Positions 10,834-22,133 are shown, counted from the stretch's first letter. The stretch is 64,000 bases of DNA from an uncultured Hormoscilla sp. (GCA_963921275.4 OZ001293.3:640001-704000); one strand, 5' to 3'. Notes: a model not told the origin generated them from the letters alone. Numbers and translations: made by a program.

Positions 10834-13085
10834 TCACAATTGCTCCCGGGCTGGAAGCGTGAAGTAGAAGGTGGCCCCCTGTCTCAGTTCTGATTCTACC
10901 CAGATGCGCCCGCGTGGCGATCGACTATTTTCTTGCAGATGACCAGACCGATGCCAGTGCCGGGATACGAGTATCGCGGTTGCAGGCGCTGAAAAATGAT
11001 GAAGATGCGATCGGCGAACTGGGGATCTATACCAATGCCATTATCCTGGACGGAGAATAGCCACTCACCATCAAGCTGTTTTGCCCCCACGTGAATTTGC
11101 GGAGGTTGGTCGCTGCGGAACTTGATGGCGTTGCCGATCAGGTTCTGGAACAGTTGGATCAGTTGGGTGCTATCGGCATTGAGTGCGGGCAAGGGGTCGG
11201 TGGTAATGACTGCTCCACTCTCAGCGATCCGGATCTGCAAATTGGTGAGGGCGCGATCTAATGCTGTCTCAACCGCAGTGGGCACAAACTCCTTGCCTCT
11301 GGTCCCCACCCGCGAGTAAGCTAACAAGTCATCAATCAGTGTTTGCATGTGGGTAACTCCCTCAACGGCAAAGTCGATGAACTCCTTGGCGTCTTGGTCG
11401 AGTTGGTCTATATAGCGCATCTCCAACAGCTGCACGTAGCTGGACACCAGATTCAGCGGTTCTTGTAAGTCATGGGAGGCGACATAGGCAAACTTTTCTA
11501 ATTCGGCATTGGAACGTTCTAGTTCCCGCGCTAATGAGGCTAGTTCGTCGGCTTGACGCAGGACGATGTTAATAATTGCATTCCTCAGTTCCCCTGCCGC
11601 CTCAATTTCACAGGGCTTCCAGGGTAAGGACTTGCAGCGCACGATTTCTTTCCATGCCTCAAATGACCCTCGAGGAGTCAGACGCACAGTTCCTTGGTCG
11701 GAGATGGTTTTGACAATGGGTTGATTGGGGTCTCCGGCCCAATTGACGGTTTGAATATATTCCGGTCGAAACCACAAAATATAATTCTGCTCTGCGATCG
11801 CAATTGCCAGTAACCCACTAGCTATATCTTTATACTTTTCTGCTGCCGGATAAATGCGAGGCAGAGAGTCGGTCGCGAAAACTTTTTCATCAGCCTGGTG
11901 TTCTAGCCAGACAATCAATTCCTGGATATCTGCATCTTCAGGTGTTCTTCCCACCTTAGTGCCCTGTTCGCCCCACCACACTACTGCGCCTTGAGCGCGA
12001 ACCAGATCGAGTAAATTCGGTTGATACTTAACCAACCCATCAATAAAATTCTTGGTGGTAGACATATATTCTACCAGTTTCCCTTGAATATCTTTCAATT
12101 CGACGCGATATTCATTGTTTTCATCCTCTTCTTTGACTGTCAGTTCTACGGACATCACTTGTCCGAGGAATTCACAAGCTTCCCGCACCTCATAATCTAC
12201 CTGCTTGGGGGAATAATGATGGCAAGATATCAGTCCCCAGAGTTGTTGTTCTTTAGTTAAAGAGATTACCATTGTAGCACTAACTCCCATATTTTGCAGG
12301 TATTCTCTATGACAGGGAGAGACCCCTCTGAGCACGGATAAGCTCAAATCCAGCGGACTGTTGCTCACAGGATTAGTTTCGGGAATAATTTTAACAGATT
12401 GACCATTTATATCCGTAATTAACCTGACCCATTTTAAGCCAAATAGTTTTCTACAGGGTTGAGTATCTGCTGCTGGGTAATGCAAACCCAAAAATGCTTC
12501 TAGGTCTGCTCGTTTATCTTCGGCGATTACATGACCGTGCCAATCCCGATCGAATTTATACAGCATCACCCGGTCAAATCTAGTTATTTTTCTGATTTCT
12601 TGGACAATGATTTGACTCATGTCCGAAATTTTTGATGTTTTTCGCAGCTTGAGAGCCGAGGCTTTAACTAAATGATAAAATTCTAAAAAGTAGATATCAT
12701 TCTGAGAATATGCTGGTTCTAATTCCAGAATCAAAACATTATCATTATTTCGATGAAAGATGCGATTAATTAATAAGTATTTATCTGCTTTTTTGAATCT
12801 CAACTTGATATAATTGAAAGAGTCAAAGTCATTATGTTTGATAATTTTGGTTAATTTTGCCATCTGAGATTTGGAGATGAATTTTCGCAAGGGCTTTTGC
12901 AGCATTTCTTGGGGGGCAACGTCGAATAAGCTAGGGGTATTGTTGCTCGCTTGTAAGATCTTGAGCTGGGGTTCTGCTAATGATAACAGGACGCCGTGAG
13001 GTTGAATGTAATCATAGAGGTGAATCTGTTCTTGCTCTAATTTACTCAAATCAAATGCTTGGAGATTTATGCTTGTGTTTTCCAT
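10834..13085 (-). CDS. cph1: Cyanobacterial phytochrome histidine kinase (PAS-GAF-PHY-HK) with a 1-nt frameshift near the C-terminus
   Basis: IQPHG, DRVMLYKF, LRGVSPCHREYLQNMGV (bilin Cys), PRGSF tongue and ASHDLQEPL H-box. The tail GRIWVESELRQGATFYFTLPAREQL* continues in another frame to 10834. Confidence 0.85.
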
Positions 13086-13139
13086 TGTCAGTTGTCAGTT
13101 GTCAGTTGTGAGAAGAAAATCAGACGGGGGCTCGACATC

Positions 13140-13260
13140 GAATGGCACTGACTTAAGCCCCAAAATCCTATTTGTCATTGCGAGGGGGTCGGAGGGATTA
13201 ACTTGTGTTGTATATGAGTTGACCCCCCCTCGCTCCGGACACGTTATGTCAGTGCCATTC
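13140..13260. mobile_element. MITE-like hairpin element
   Basis: Ends AATGGCACTGAC / GTCAGTGCCATT with an inner GTCATTGCGAGGGGG...CCCCCTCGC. Related copies at 19080-19322 and 29383-29450. Confidence 0.65.
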
Positions 13261-13273
13261 GGCCCTACATCTG

Positions 13274-13945
13274 ATGAATCCACTGGATCGATTCTCCCAT
13301 CGGGTGGGGGATTATGTCAAGTACAGACCCAGTTACCCAGCAGGGGCCATAGACAGGATCTTGCAGGGGTTGGACCGACCAGTAGCAGCCGCTCTCTGTG
13401 CCGGTACGGAGATCGCCTCCCGTTTGTTGGCCTCACGAGGGGCACCCGTCCTGCTGCGCGAGCCAAATGGGGCGATGAGAACAGCCGCAGCACCCCATCC
13501 ATTGGTAGAATTCCGGGATGGGACGGCGATGTCTCCCCGGAGTTGTGCGATTAGACACGCGAGCGGTCTCTTGGGTAGTGCGAGTAGCGCGGCCTTCGCG
13601 AGACACCTCACCGGGAGACATCGAAGGAAGGGACTCACCTCCCAGATGCCTCGGTGGATGCTGCCCTTAACCTTTGCTGGAGTTGGCACCCGCGATGCCG
13701 CCCTGATTCTATTTTATCAATCTTATTTTACCGCGTCAACTGCTGCGGCCCTAGGATTATTATGTACTTCCCGCTATCTGATTCCCGCGATCGGGGGTTT
13801 GCCCTTTTTGGGAAAATACATGGCTGGCATTCGTAGCCAAGATCCCCCTTAGGCGCTCGCTCGATCGTGCCATGTTCGGACGGATCGCCAGTTTGTAACT
13901 AAACTGGGAAGTTATAGCATTCAGAGGGGAATATTGCGGAACCAA
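13274..13945 (+). pseudogene. Class I SAM-dependent methyltransferase pseudogene
   Basis: MNPLDRFSHRVGDYVKYRPSYP N-terminus with a degenerate GAGTG-like motif. Interrupted by a nested hairpin element at ~13528-13623. Confidence 0.75.
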
Positions 13946-14056
13946 CAACAGGAAAAAAATACTATCGCAACGAGGATTTGCCAGAGGAACTGAAAAAAAT
14001 GTTAACTCCATGTGGTAGCGCGTCTGGGCGAAAGTAGAATAAAATAGAGAAAAATT

Positions 14057-14527
14057 ATGCACTCAGCAACCAAAAACTCAATGGGTAAAATAACCACAAG
14101 TATAGTCATCACCAATCGTGCAGACCAAGCGATCGCATCTCGGGGCTTTATGCCTGCGGGGGATGTGCGGAAGATCGATCTTAACGATGTTCTGGTGGAT
14201 ACGGGAGCAACTACTCTCTGTTTGCCACCAGAGGCGATCGCTCAATTGGGGCTAGAACTGCTAAAGGAAGTAGATGTAAAGACTGCCACGGGTCTCAGTA
14301 AAGCCCGTATTTTTCGGGATGCCACTATTTCTCTACTCGGGCGAGAGGGGACTTTTGAGTGTTTGGAAGTTCCTGGTGGCAGCGATCCTTTATTAGGAGT
14401 GATTCCCCTGGAGGCTTTAGGGATCGAACTCGACCTGCAAAACCAACAGTTAAAAGTATTGCCTATGAACTCCAGTCAGACTTATCTGACGATTCTGCCA
14501 GTGGTAGTTAAGAGAACATCGTTCTAA
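14057..14527 (+). CDS. Clan AA (retropepsin-like) aspartyl protease
   Basis: LVDTGATTLCLP catalytic motif and LLGVIPLEALG motif. Confidence 0.85.
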   Translation: MHSATKNSMGKITTSIVITNRADQAIASRGFMPAGDVRKIDLNDVLVDTGATTLCLPPEAIAQLGLELLKEVDVKTATGLSKARIFRDATISLLGREGTFECLEVPGGSDPLLGVIPLEALGIELDLQNQQLKVLPMNSSQTYLTILPVVVKRTSF

Positions 14528-14899
14528 CCACAGAAACCCGGTTTCTTGACCGACGCTATAGGCATCGCCCTTGAAAAATTTTAAATTTCTTAATAAAAAT
14601 CTGTCAAGATCGTGGTAAGGTATCCATGATTGATAATCGTTTATAGACAGAGGTAGCAAATTACCATGACGAAAGAAAGATACGATTGCCTTTGCTGCAA
14701 CCCCCTGATCCGTGACTTGTTATCATATGTGCTATCGACTAAAGATGGCGCTAAGAAGCTTGGTGACGTGTCAACATTGGCCGATCGCGTTAGCCAGGGC
14801 CGCAAAAAATCTGCTGCTGCTGTGAGCCAAGACACGACAGTGTTTGCGAACGCCAATATACTGACTCATTCGGGAGGATGAGGGAAAAGATTATTGTCT

Positions 14900-15263
14900 G
14901 TATGAAGCAGAAAGATGTCAGAACAGTTGCTACTTAGTCAGGGCAAGTCAGGTTAGGCGATCGCCCGAAAAGTTAACATTTATTCACAAAAACAACTGCG
15001 GTAAAGTAGAAAAAGGCTTAACCCCAGAGGTAGCAGCGCAAACAGAGAGGGGCCATTAGTCTGGAAGAATATAAAACATTTTATCGGAGTTGGCGGATTC
15101 CCGATCGCGCTGCGCTGCAGCCATGGAATTAGCGGCGGAAATTTTTCCCAAGTTAGACCTAGATGATGACGGCGGTATAAGCAAAAAGGAATTTATGGTA
15201 CTGATATGGCAATTCCATCACAGCGATGACCCAGATGGAAACTTATTTTTTGGTCCCTATTAA
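14900..15263 (+). pseudogene. EF-hand protein C-terminal remnant
   Basis: FPKLDLDDDGGISKKEF...SDDPDGNLFFGPY* readable in frameshifted pieces. Confidence 0.55.
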
Positions 15264-15400
15264 ATAGGGTGACAGCGTGATAGCGAAGCTGGCGTCGGGA
15301 TGCTAGGGAGTCGGTTAAGAAACCGGGTTTCTCTGGTCACAACCTTGATATCTTGTTGATAACTACAGTAGAAACCCGGTTTATGAGAATACTCGATGTC

Positions 15401-17266
15401 CTAGGAAGCAGAACAATGATAACGTCGATATCGATAGCCCGCCACTCGCGCAATGGTTTTTTTGTCTTTAATACAACCTTGGGCTTTAATCTTGACAGAG
15501 GCCGAGAAATTGACCACCCATAATTCTAAAGGTTTGGGTAGTTTATCCAGGGTTTGCTGAAGAGTTTGGGTAGCAACTAGGGGGTCATCCTCTTTGTGTG
15601 CTAAGAGAAAGTTAATCCTGGCGTGTACTTGACGATCGGTCCGCGGACGGCCCGAAAAATCGAGATGAGTGAGTTCCCAGGCTAACCCCATCATTTCTCC
15701 AGTTTGTTCGTGGGTTTTGTGGACAGTGGCAATGAGGACGGGAACTTCTAAATTGCTAGTTTCGAGAATGTCTGCAACTACAAGGTCCGGTCGATCGGGC
15801 TTTTGATAGGCGAGGTTGGTAACTACTGTCAGCCCCCCTATGAGTCCCGCAAGCAAAATTATTGCTACCCCTCGCTGAGATAAAAAGCCCGCGCAGGCGG
15901 GCTTCGTTCCTGTAGCCCCACCCTTTAGGGTGGGGCTATGGGTGGGGGTATGGATGATTTCTCCCTGAGATAAAAAGCCCGCGCAGGCGGGCTTCGTTCC
16001 TGTAGCCCCACCCTTTAGGGTGGGGGTGGGGGCGGGGGTGGGGGTATGGGTGTGGGTATGGGTGGGGGGGTGCCAAAAGCTGGCAAAGCTACTGGCGAGG
16101 AGGGCGATCGCGGCGGGGAAGTAGACAAATTGGTAGCGGGCAACTAGAGTTAAATCAATGCCCAGACCGTAAGTGAGTCCGAGAATGAGGGAGATCGCCC
16201 CTATAAGGAAGCCGCCCAAAACCCGCATGATGAAACCATGCTGACTAATTTTGATTCCTTTAATAAAAAATCGGACTGTCAAAGACAGCAAAAACAGGAC
16301 TGCAAATATGGAGATGATAATAACAGGTAAAGTTTGTCCTTCCACGGGCATGATGAACAGCATAGTAGTTGTCCAAGCCAAAATTCTCCCCAAGGGTGCG
16401 AGAAAATTCCCGAGAGAATGGCTATGATAAATCCATCTTGTCAGCTTGCTACCGGGAATGTTCTGCCACACGGGTAACCAGACCAAAACCCCGATGGCAG
16501 TTCCCGCAGCAGTTGCGCCAACTCGCGCCCAATGTGGGTAGTCTCGATGTCTAATTAGCAGATAAAATATTACCAAACTTTCAGCAGCGAGGACGAGGAT
16601 AAAGAAGTAATGCACGGCCATACCCAAGCTGTTAATGCTAACCCAGGTTAATATTAACCAAATGGGACATGAGATGTGCAATTTAACAGCTTGGGTGGCG
16701 AGGATCAGGCAACTGAGAGAGGCGATAATCAACAAAATTGCCAGAGTGTAATGGCGGGCTTCTTGTGCTAAATAGATGCCATAGGGGGAAACGGCCATTA
16801 ATGCTGCTGCCAGGTGACAAACTTTCAGGGCACGAAAGGCTAACCAACTTAATCCAAACATGGCCGGAATGGAAATTATCCCCAGCAGGACACTTAGCGA
16901 TCGGGCCCCCCAGAGAGATACCAATTCTCCAGGAAATAGCTGCAACCAGAGATGATTGAGCATAAAGTATACTGGCGGATGATTAGTTTCACTCATCAGG
17001 TGATGAACGACTGCGCCCACATCAGTAACTGGGTGGAGTTTTAATGGTGCCAAAAGGCTATCTAAGGCAATCACTTGGTCCAGGGGCACAGTTCTGAAAC
17101 CGTGACCGAGACTGAAAACTAGGGTAGAAAATTCATCTGCCCATGGGGGTTTTTCTCCTAGATTTGTCAAGCGTAAAATAGCCGCGATCGCCATCCACCC
17201 TAGCAGCACAAGTAAATGAAATTGTACTTTTTCTTGATTCTTCATTTTTAATAATTTATTGTTCAT
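15401..17266 (-). CDS. Glycosyltransferase family 39 (PMT-like) membrane protein with an in-frame repeat insertion
   Basis: WADE, HPPVYF and AQEARHY motifs; multi-TM. Confidence 0.85.
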   Translation of the reverse strand: MNNKLLKMKNQEKVQFHLLVLLGWMAIAAILRLTNLGEKPPWADEFSTLVFSLGHGFRTVPLDQVIALDSLLAPLKLHPVTDVGAVVHHLMSETNHPPVYFMLNHLWLQLFPGELVSLWGARSLSVLLGIISIPAMFGLSWLAFRALKVCHLAAALMAVSPYGIYLAQEARHYTLAILLIIASLSCLILATQAVKLHISCPIWLILTWVSINSLGMAVHYFFILVLAAESLVIFYLLIRHRDYPHWARVGATAAGTAIGVLVWLPVWQNIPGSKLTRWIYHSHSLGNFLAPLGRILAWTTTMLFIMPVEGQTLPVIIISIFAVLFLLSLTVRFFIKGIKISQHGFIMRVLGGFLIGAISLILGLTYGLGIDLTLVARYQFVYFPAAIALLASSFASFWHPPTHTHTHTPTPAPTPTLKGGATGTKPACAGFLSQGEIIHTPTHSPTLKGGATGTKPACAGFLSQRGVAIILLAGLIGGLTVVTNLAYQKPDRPDLVVADILETSNLEVPVLIATVHKTHEQTGEMMGLAWELTHLDFSGRPRTDRQVHARINFLLAHKEDDPLVATQTLQQTLDKLPKPLELWVVNFSASVKIKAQGCIKDKKTIARVAGYRYRRYHCSAS

Positions 17267-17383
17267 AACTTACCCATAATCACCATAGTAATTGCCCACC
17301 TTACGCTTAGTGGTTTGGGTTGAATGCTAGTAAAACCCAACCATCTGGTATCGAGAAAACTCTTCTCCATTAGCAATTAGCAA

Positions 17384-19015
17384 TTAGCCAATTGGTGTAA
17401 CTTTCCAGAGTCTAATCTTACGTCTTTTATAAGACATGTCCCAGAGATGCAACAATTCTACATGATAATTTTCATGTTGCATCAGGATAGCTGGTAATGG
17501 TTCCTCTCGCCTCACCGTTAGCAAAAAGATATCGCTGAACCCGCGACCATCGAACTGGTGCAGGTTCTCGGGCAGAAATCCCTGAATTCGCGCCTCCGGT
17601 TTCAGCAAATAACTCAAAGACATCAGGCGACTTTGAGTTGTATTTAAGGTAATATCTCCAATTAACAGCGGTGACGGTGCTTGGTTAACTATGGCCGCTA
17701 TGCGATCGTTATAATAGTCAGTATACTTAGTCCAAGCAGTCTGGGAGTGAGAAATTAACACCCCCGAAGTTACTCCCGAAGCAATCACGATCAGCATCAC
17801 CAACTTCCAGAATTGACGTGTTATCCGAGAACGGTCGGCGATCTTAGAGGCGAAGAGATAAGCAACAGCTAACTGAATGGACAAATAACAGGGAATCAGA
17901 TATCTGCCAATACTGGTGCGCTGTCCTCCGAAGATGATATCTGGTAAGAGGAGGGGAAACACTGTTCCGGCCATCAACATTAAGACAAATGTCCAAATTC
18001 GCTTTTGCCGACATAGCCAATAGATAGCATAGCAGACTAGGGCGAGGATGAAAATAATATAGTAGGTGAGGGGTCGGTCTAATGCCATTCTAAAGGTAAA
18101 GGGATCTTCCCGATCCCGAAACTCGACAAAGTTACTCACCAAGTTTAAGATCCAGAAGCAGATGACATACATGTTTTTGGCCTTTTTTCCCGTCCACTCC
18201 ATCCCTGACTGGATATTACCGAAATAGATGGCTATTACTAAACCCCAAGGCAGAAACACTAAGATCGCTGCTACCAAGGCTAGTAAATATTGTTTCACAA
18301 TTTGGGTGAGGCGCCACCCTTCCGTGTAAATTAGATAAACTGCTTGGGCGATCGCCACCAAGGCAGAAAACATATATGTATAGAAACCCATTGCTAAGCT
18401 GAGGGCGTAAATGCCCCAACTGACAGTAGTTTGGCGGGCCATGGCCGATAAGAGGGCGGCGCTGGAGAATAAAATCGTCAGAGTCCACAAACTATATTCT
18501 CGCACTTCCTGGGCGTATAATATCTGAAAAGGGGAAATTGCCAGCAGACCAGCAGCTATTCCTGCCGTTGTGTGGGAAGCAAACAATGAGTAGCATAGCC
18601 AATAGATAGCCGGAATGGCTAGCAAGTTAATCAGGACAGGCAAACTTCTTCTGACAAACAGGGAATCCCCAAATAGTTGCTGCCAAAACCGCCCGATGGT
18701 AAAGTAAAGCGGCGCATGTTCTGGGGCTTCTACCACTAAAGAATGCAGGGTATCGGATAAAGTCCGATCAGGAGTAAGGTGCTGAAAATGTTGAAAATAG
18801 GCCGGACTGTGGATTTCACAGTTAAAAAGCTGCCGATCGACCTCTTCTTGAGTGTAACCGGCCATGCGGAACGAACTAATGATCTCGTCACCCCAGCAAA
18901 CCTTCTGGTCGAGATTGGCAAACCGAAACCAAACTCCTAGAATCAAGAGTAGGACGATGGCAAACTGTAAAGGCGAGAGTCGCCAATTTGTTTGCTGGAT
19001 CCACTTCCAGTTCAT
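17384..19015 (-). CDS. Glycosyltransferase family 39 (PMT-like) membrane protein
   Basis: WGDE, EHAPLYF and AQEVREYSL motifs; multi-TM. Confidence 0.85.
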   Translation of the reverse strand: MNWKWIQQTNWRLSPLQFAIVLLLILGVWFRFANLDQKVCWGDEIISSFRMAGYTQEEVDRQLFNCEIHSPAYFQHFQHLTPDRTLSDTLHSLVVEAPEHAPLYFTIGRFWQQLFGDSLFVRRSLPVLINLLAIPAIYWLCYSLFASHTTAGIAAGLLAISPFQILYAQEVREYSLWTLTILFSSAALLSAMARQTTVSWGIYALSLAMGFYTYMFSALVAIAQAVYLIYTEGWRLTQIVKQYLLALVAAILVFLPWGLVIAIYFGNIQSGMEWTGKKAKNMYVICFWILNLVSNFVEFRDREDPFTFRMALDRPLTYYIIFILALVCYAIYWLCRQKRIWTFVLMLMAGTVFPLLLPDIIFGGQRTSIGRYLIPCYLSIQLAVAYLFASKIADRSRITRQFWKLVMLIVIASGVTSGVLISHSQTAWTKYTDYYNDRIAAIVNQAPSPLLIGDITLNTTQSRLMSLSYLLKPEARIQGFLPENLHQFDGRGFSDIFLLTVRREEPLPAILMQHENYHVELLHLWDMSYKRRKIRLWKVTPIG

Positions 19016-19405
19016 AGATGTAAAATCAAAGAGATTGCTCTGTTAGCTTACAATTAAATGCGAGTCTTGTCTATAATGTAATGGCACTGACTTAACTTGT
19101 CATTGCGAGGGGGGATCCCAAACCGGCAAAAGTGGGAAGCGACCGCCATCAGACCCCCCGAAGCAATCTCCCCTGTCTAGCTCTCTAGGAGATTGCTAGC
19201 CCTCCTGCGTCGGGCCGCTGCGAAGGCCGGGGGGAGGTTGATTCTACAGCATATGTTAACCCAACAACCGCCCCCCTCGCAATGACATAAAAGAGTATGT
19301 GTTCGCTGAAGTTAGTGACATTTGTCTATAATGATTATGCTGTCCGATCCGAATTATGGCAATCCGCGATGGCGCGATTGCCATTCACCATTCACCATTA
19401 TTACC

Positions 19406-21130
19406 ATGTTATTGACGCGCCTGCACAAGTTGATTACTACGCCAACTGCGAAAACCCCTCGCGGCCAGTCGATCTTTTGGTTCGGCCTCAGCTTGACATT
19501 TGCCCTTATTTATGCATGGTTGGGGTTACGCAAAGCCTTTAGCGGCGAGTATGTAGTGCAGGATGATGCGCGACAACATGTATTCTGGATGGTACGATTT
19601 CTCGATCCGCAGTTGTTTCCCAATGATTTGATTGCTGATTATTTTCAGTCAGTGGCACCAGCAGGATATACTAAGGTTTACCGCCTTGCTGCAGATGTGG
19701 GCATCAATCCTTTATTATTCAATAAACTGCTGCCCCCGGTGCTGGGTTTAATCATTACTGGTTATTGCTTTGGTCTTTGTTTGGAGATTTTTCCTATCCC
19801 CGCTGCTGGGTTTATCGCTACATTGCTGTTCAACCAACATATGGGGTTTAAGGAAGATGTAATTTCGGCAACTCCCAGGGCTTTTGCCTATCCATTATTA
19901 CTGGCATTTTTGTATTATCTATTACGAGGAAAGTTGTTGCCCACCCTAGGGGCGATCGCCCTGTTAGGACTATTCTACCCTCAAGTCTTGCTCATCTGTG
20001 TCCTAATCCTGGTGCTGCGCTTGCTAGACTGGGAAAATGGTCAACTGAGGTTTTCTCAACAACGGTCGGATTATATTTTCTGTGCTGCGGGGTTAGGAGT
20101 AACTTGTTCGATCCTATTGCCCTTCGTCTTCAGTACCTCTGAATATGGACCGGTTATCGCCGTAGCTGAAGCCAAAACATTACCGGAATTTTGGTCCAAA
20201 GGACGCAGTATTTTCTTCCGGGAAGATCCTTGGGAGTTTTTCCTATTTGGCGGTCGCAGCGGCATGTTTCCCAAAGCTATATTAACTCCAGTTACCCTCT
20301 GTGTGGGATTATTGTTACCCTTGCTGCTGGCCTTTAGCAGTCGTTTTCCTTTAGCAAAGCAGCTGCGGAGTGGCATCAAAATTTTACCGCAAATGCTGCT
20401 GGCCTCGATCGCCCTTTTTTGTGCTGCCCACGCCCTGCTGTTCAAACTGCATTTACCCAGTCGCTACACCAGTTATAGCTTTCGAGTTATCATCGTCTTA
20501 GCAAGTGCGATCGCCTTCGTCCTGATCCTGGACGCCCTGTTAAGCTGGGCCCAGCAGGGAACATTCCCCCGCCAAATAATAGCATGGGTAACAGTTGCGC
20601 TCGTCAGTATTAGCCTTCTGTACTATCCCAGCTTTGTCAAAAGCTTCCCCAAAGCTTCTTACAAACATGGAAAATTACCAGAACTGTATCAATTCTTTAG
20701 GCAGCAACCCAAAGACATTTTAATTGCGTCCATCGCGGAAGAAACCGATCTCCTACCCAGCTTTACCCAGCGATCGGTTTTAGTAGCCAGAGAATATGCC
20801 ATTCCCTATCAACTGGGCTACTACCGCCAGTTTCGCCAGCGTCTGCTTGACTTAGTCCGCGCACAATACAGTCCCGACTTAGCAGAAGTCCAAAAATTCA
20901 TTCAGACTTATGGAGTAGACTTCATTTTACTAGATCCTGGAGCCCTAACACCAGAATATCTTTATCATAAGAGACAACGCTGGATTATCAAACTGCAACC
21001 TACTCAAGCAGCCCTCGATCGCATGAAACAGGAAAAACCCCCAGCTTTAGCCAAAGTAATGAACAGCTGTCAGGCTTTCCAGACTCAGGAAATGGTTGTC
21101 CTCGACGCCAACTGTATCCTGAAGCAATGA
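19406..21130 (+). CDS. Conserved cyanobacterial multi-pass membrane protein (GT-C-like)
   Basis: QDDARQHVFWM...DLIADYFQSVAP. Long hydrophobic ORF open from 19322, likely start ATG 19406. Confidence 0.7.
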   Translation: MLLTRLHKLITTPTAKTPRGQSIFWFGLSLTFALIYAWLGLRKAFSGEYVVQDDARQHVFWMVRFLDPQLFPNDLIADYFQSVAPAGYTKVYRLAADVGINPLLFNKLLPPVLGLIITGYCFGLCLEIFPIPAAGFIATLLFNQHMGFKEDVISATPRAFAYPLLLAFLYYLLRGKLLPTLGAIALLGLFYPQVLLICVLILVLRLLDWENGQLRFSQQRSDYIFCAAGLGVTCSILLPFVFSTSEYGPVIAVAEAKTLPEFWSKGRSIFFREDPWEFFLFGGRSGMFPKAILTPVTLCVGLLLPLLLAFSSRFPLAKQLRSGIKILPQMLLASIALFCAAHALLFKLHLPSRYTSYSFRVIIVLASAIAFVLILDALLSWAQQGTFPRQIIAWVTVALVSISLLYYPSFVKSFPKASYKHGKLPELYQFFRQQPKDILIASIAEETDLLPSFTQRSVLVAREYAIPYQLGYYRQFRQRLLDLVRAQYSPDLAEVQKFIQTYGVDFILLDPGALTPEYLYHKRQRWIIKLQPTQAALDRMKQEKPPALAKVMNSCQAFQTQEMVVLDANCILKQ

Positions 21131-21232
21131 ACAATTGTGGGTTGTCAGTTGTGGGTTGTCAATTGTGGGTTGGGTACATCCCAATGCAAGTAATTAGGCC
21201 CGCGCAGGCGGGCTAAGTTCAAGTAGCCCCAC

Positions 21233-21318
21233 CCGTGTCTCCTGGGAGTTCGATGTTCCCCGAGAGCGCTACTCGCACTACCCGGGGAACATCGTAGTCG
21301 CACTACCCAGGAGACACG
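21233..21318. mobile_element. Nested ~45-bp hairpin mini-elements (one inside the loop of another)
   Basis: Outer arms CCGTGTCTCCTGGG / CCCAGGAGACACGG enclose inner arms CGATGTTCCCCG / CGGGGAACATCG. A similar nest lies at 30978-31063. Confidence 0.75.
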
Positions 21319-21404
21319 GTCTCCTCGTTTCCAGGCGGAGCCGTGGGAACGGGTGAGGGCGTGGCAGGGCGTGGTAGCTGTTGGTTTTTCATTCCAATTA
21401 ACTC

Positions 21405-22064
21405 TCAAGGGGATAACTTAATTATACCTCTGCCCAAAGGAAATTTTAACTCCTGGAAGCGAAAATTTATCCCCACGATCGTCCCTCCGAAAATATTTAG
21501 TTCTAGCTCCTCTGTTAAGGAAATTTTAACACCAATCAGCGGCGTCTGGAAAATTAAACGCCAGGGAGCGAGTGAAAACTTAAAGTTAAAAATGCCATCC
21601 CAATCTTTCCCGATCGCGGTCCCGGGCAAGGAAGCAGTAACTCCCGCATAATTAATAATTCTGGCAACATAGCTATTGGAGTTCGGTCCGGGCCAAAGCA
21701 AATATCTATTCCGGGAGATATAATTCTCAGCATGCTCGTGGAGAGTAGCAATAATTTTTTTCGCAGCAACTCCATCCCAGGTTTGCACCATAAAACTGGG
21801 ACCGCCACCTATTTCACTCAAAGGAGCCATCAGATTAACATGTAAATGACCGTAAGCTTTTTGTCTGGTATTTTTGGGCTGACTAAAAGCTTTTCGCCAT
21901 TGCCAAACTTCCCACCTTTCCCATTGGCTATTCTCACCAGAAGAGACAACAAAATACAGGTGAACCGCCAACAGTCCGATGCTCGGTAGAGGTGCTGCTC
22001 TCAGATGTACTGTCGGCACAGCAGGAGGTTGCTTGTAAAGTTCGTTCTCTTGTATATCGTTCAT
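21405..22064 (-). CDS. DUF3750-like protein
   Basis: AVH.YF, RWEV, YLLWPGPNSNSY and LPGTAIGKDW motifs. Confidence 0.7.
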   Translation of the reverse strand: MNDIQENELYKQPPAVPTVHLRAAPLPSIGLLAVHLYFVVSSGENSQWERWEVWQWRKAFSQPKNTRQKAYGHLHVNLMAPLSEIGGGPSFMVQTWDGVAAKKIIATLHEHAENYISRNRYLLWPGPNSNSYVARIINYAGVTASLPGTAIGKDWDGIFNFKFSLAPWRLIFQTPLIGVKISLTEELELNIFGGTIVGINFRFQELKFPLGRGIIKLSP

Positions 22065-22133
22065 TTTCTAGCCTTTTTTGAGGAGTAATTCTAAGCCCAA
22101 GACAATAGCAGCGATCGTGCCAGAGACACGAAT

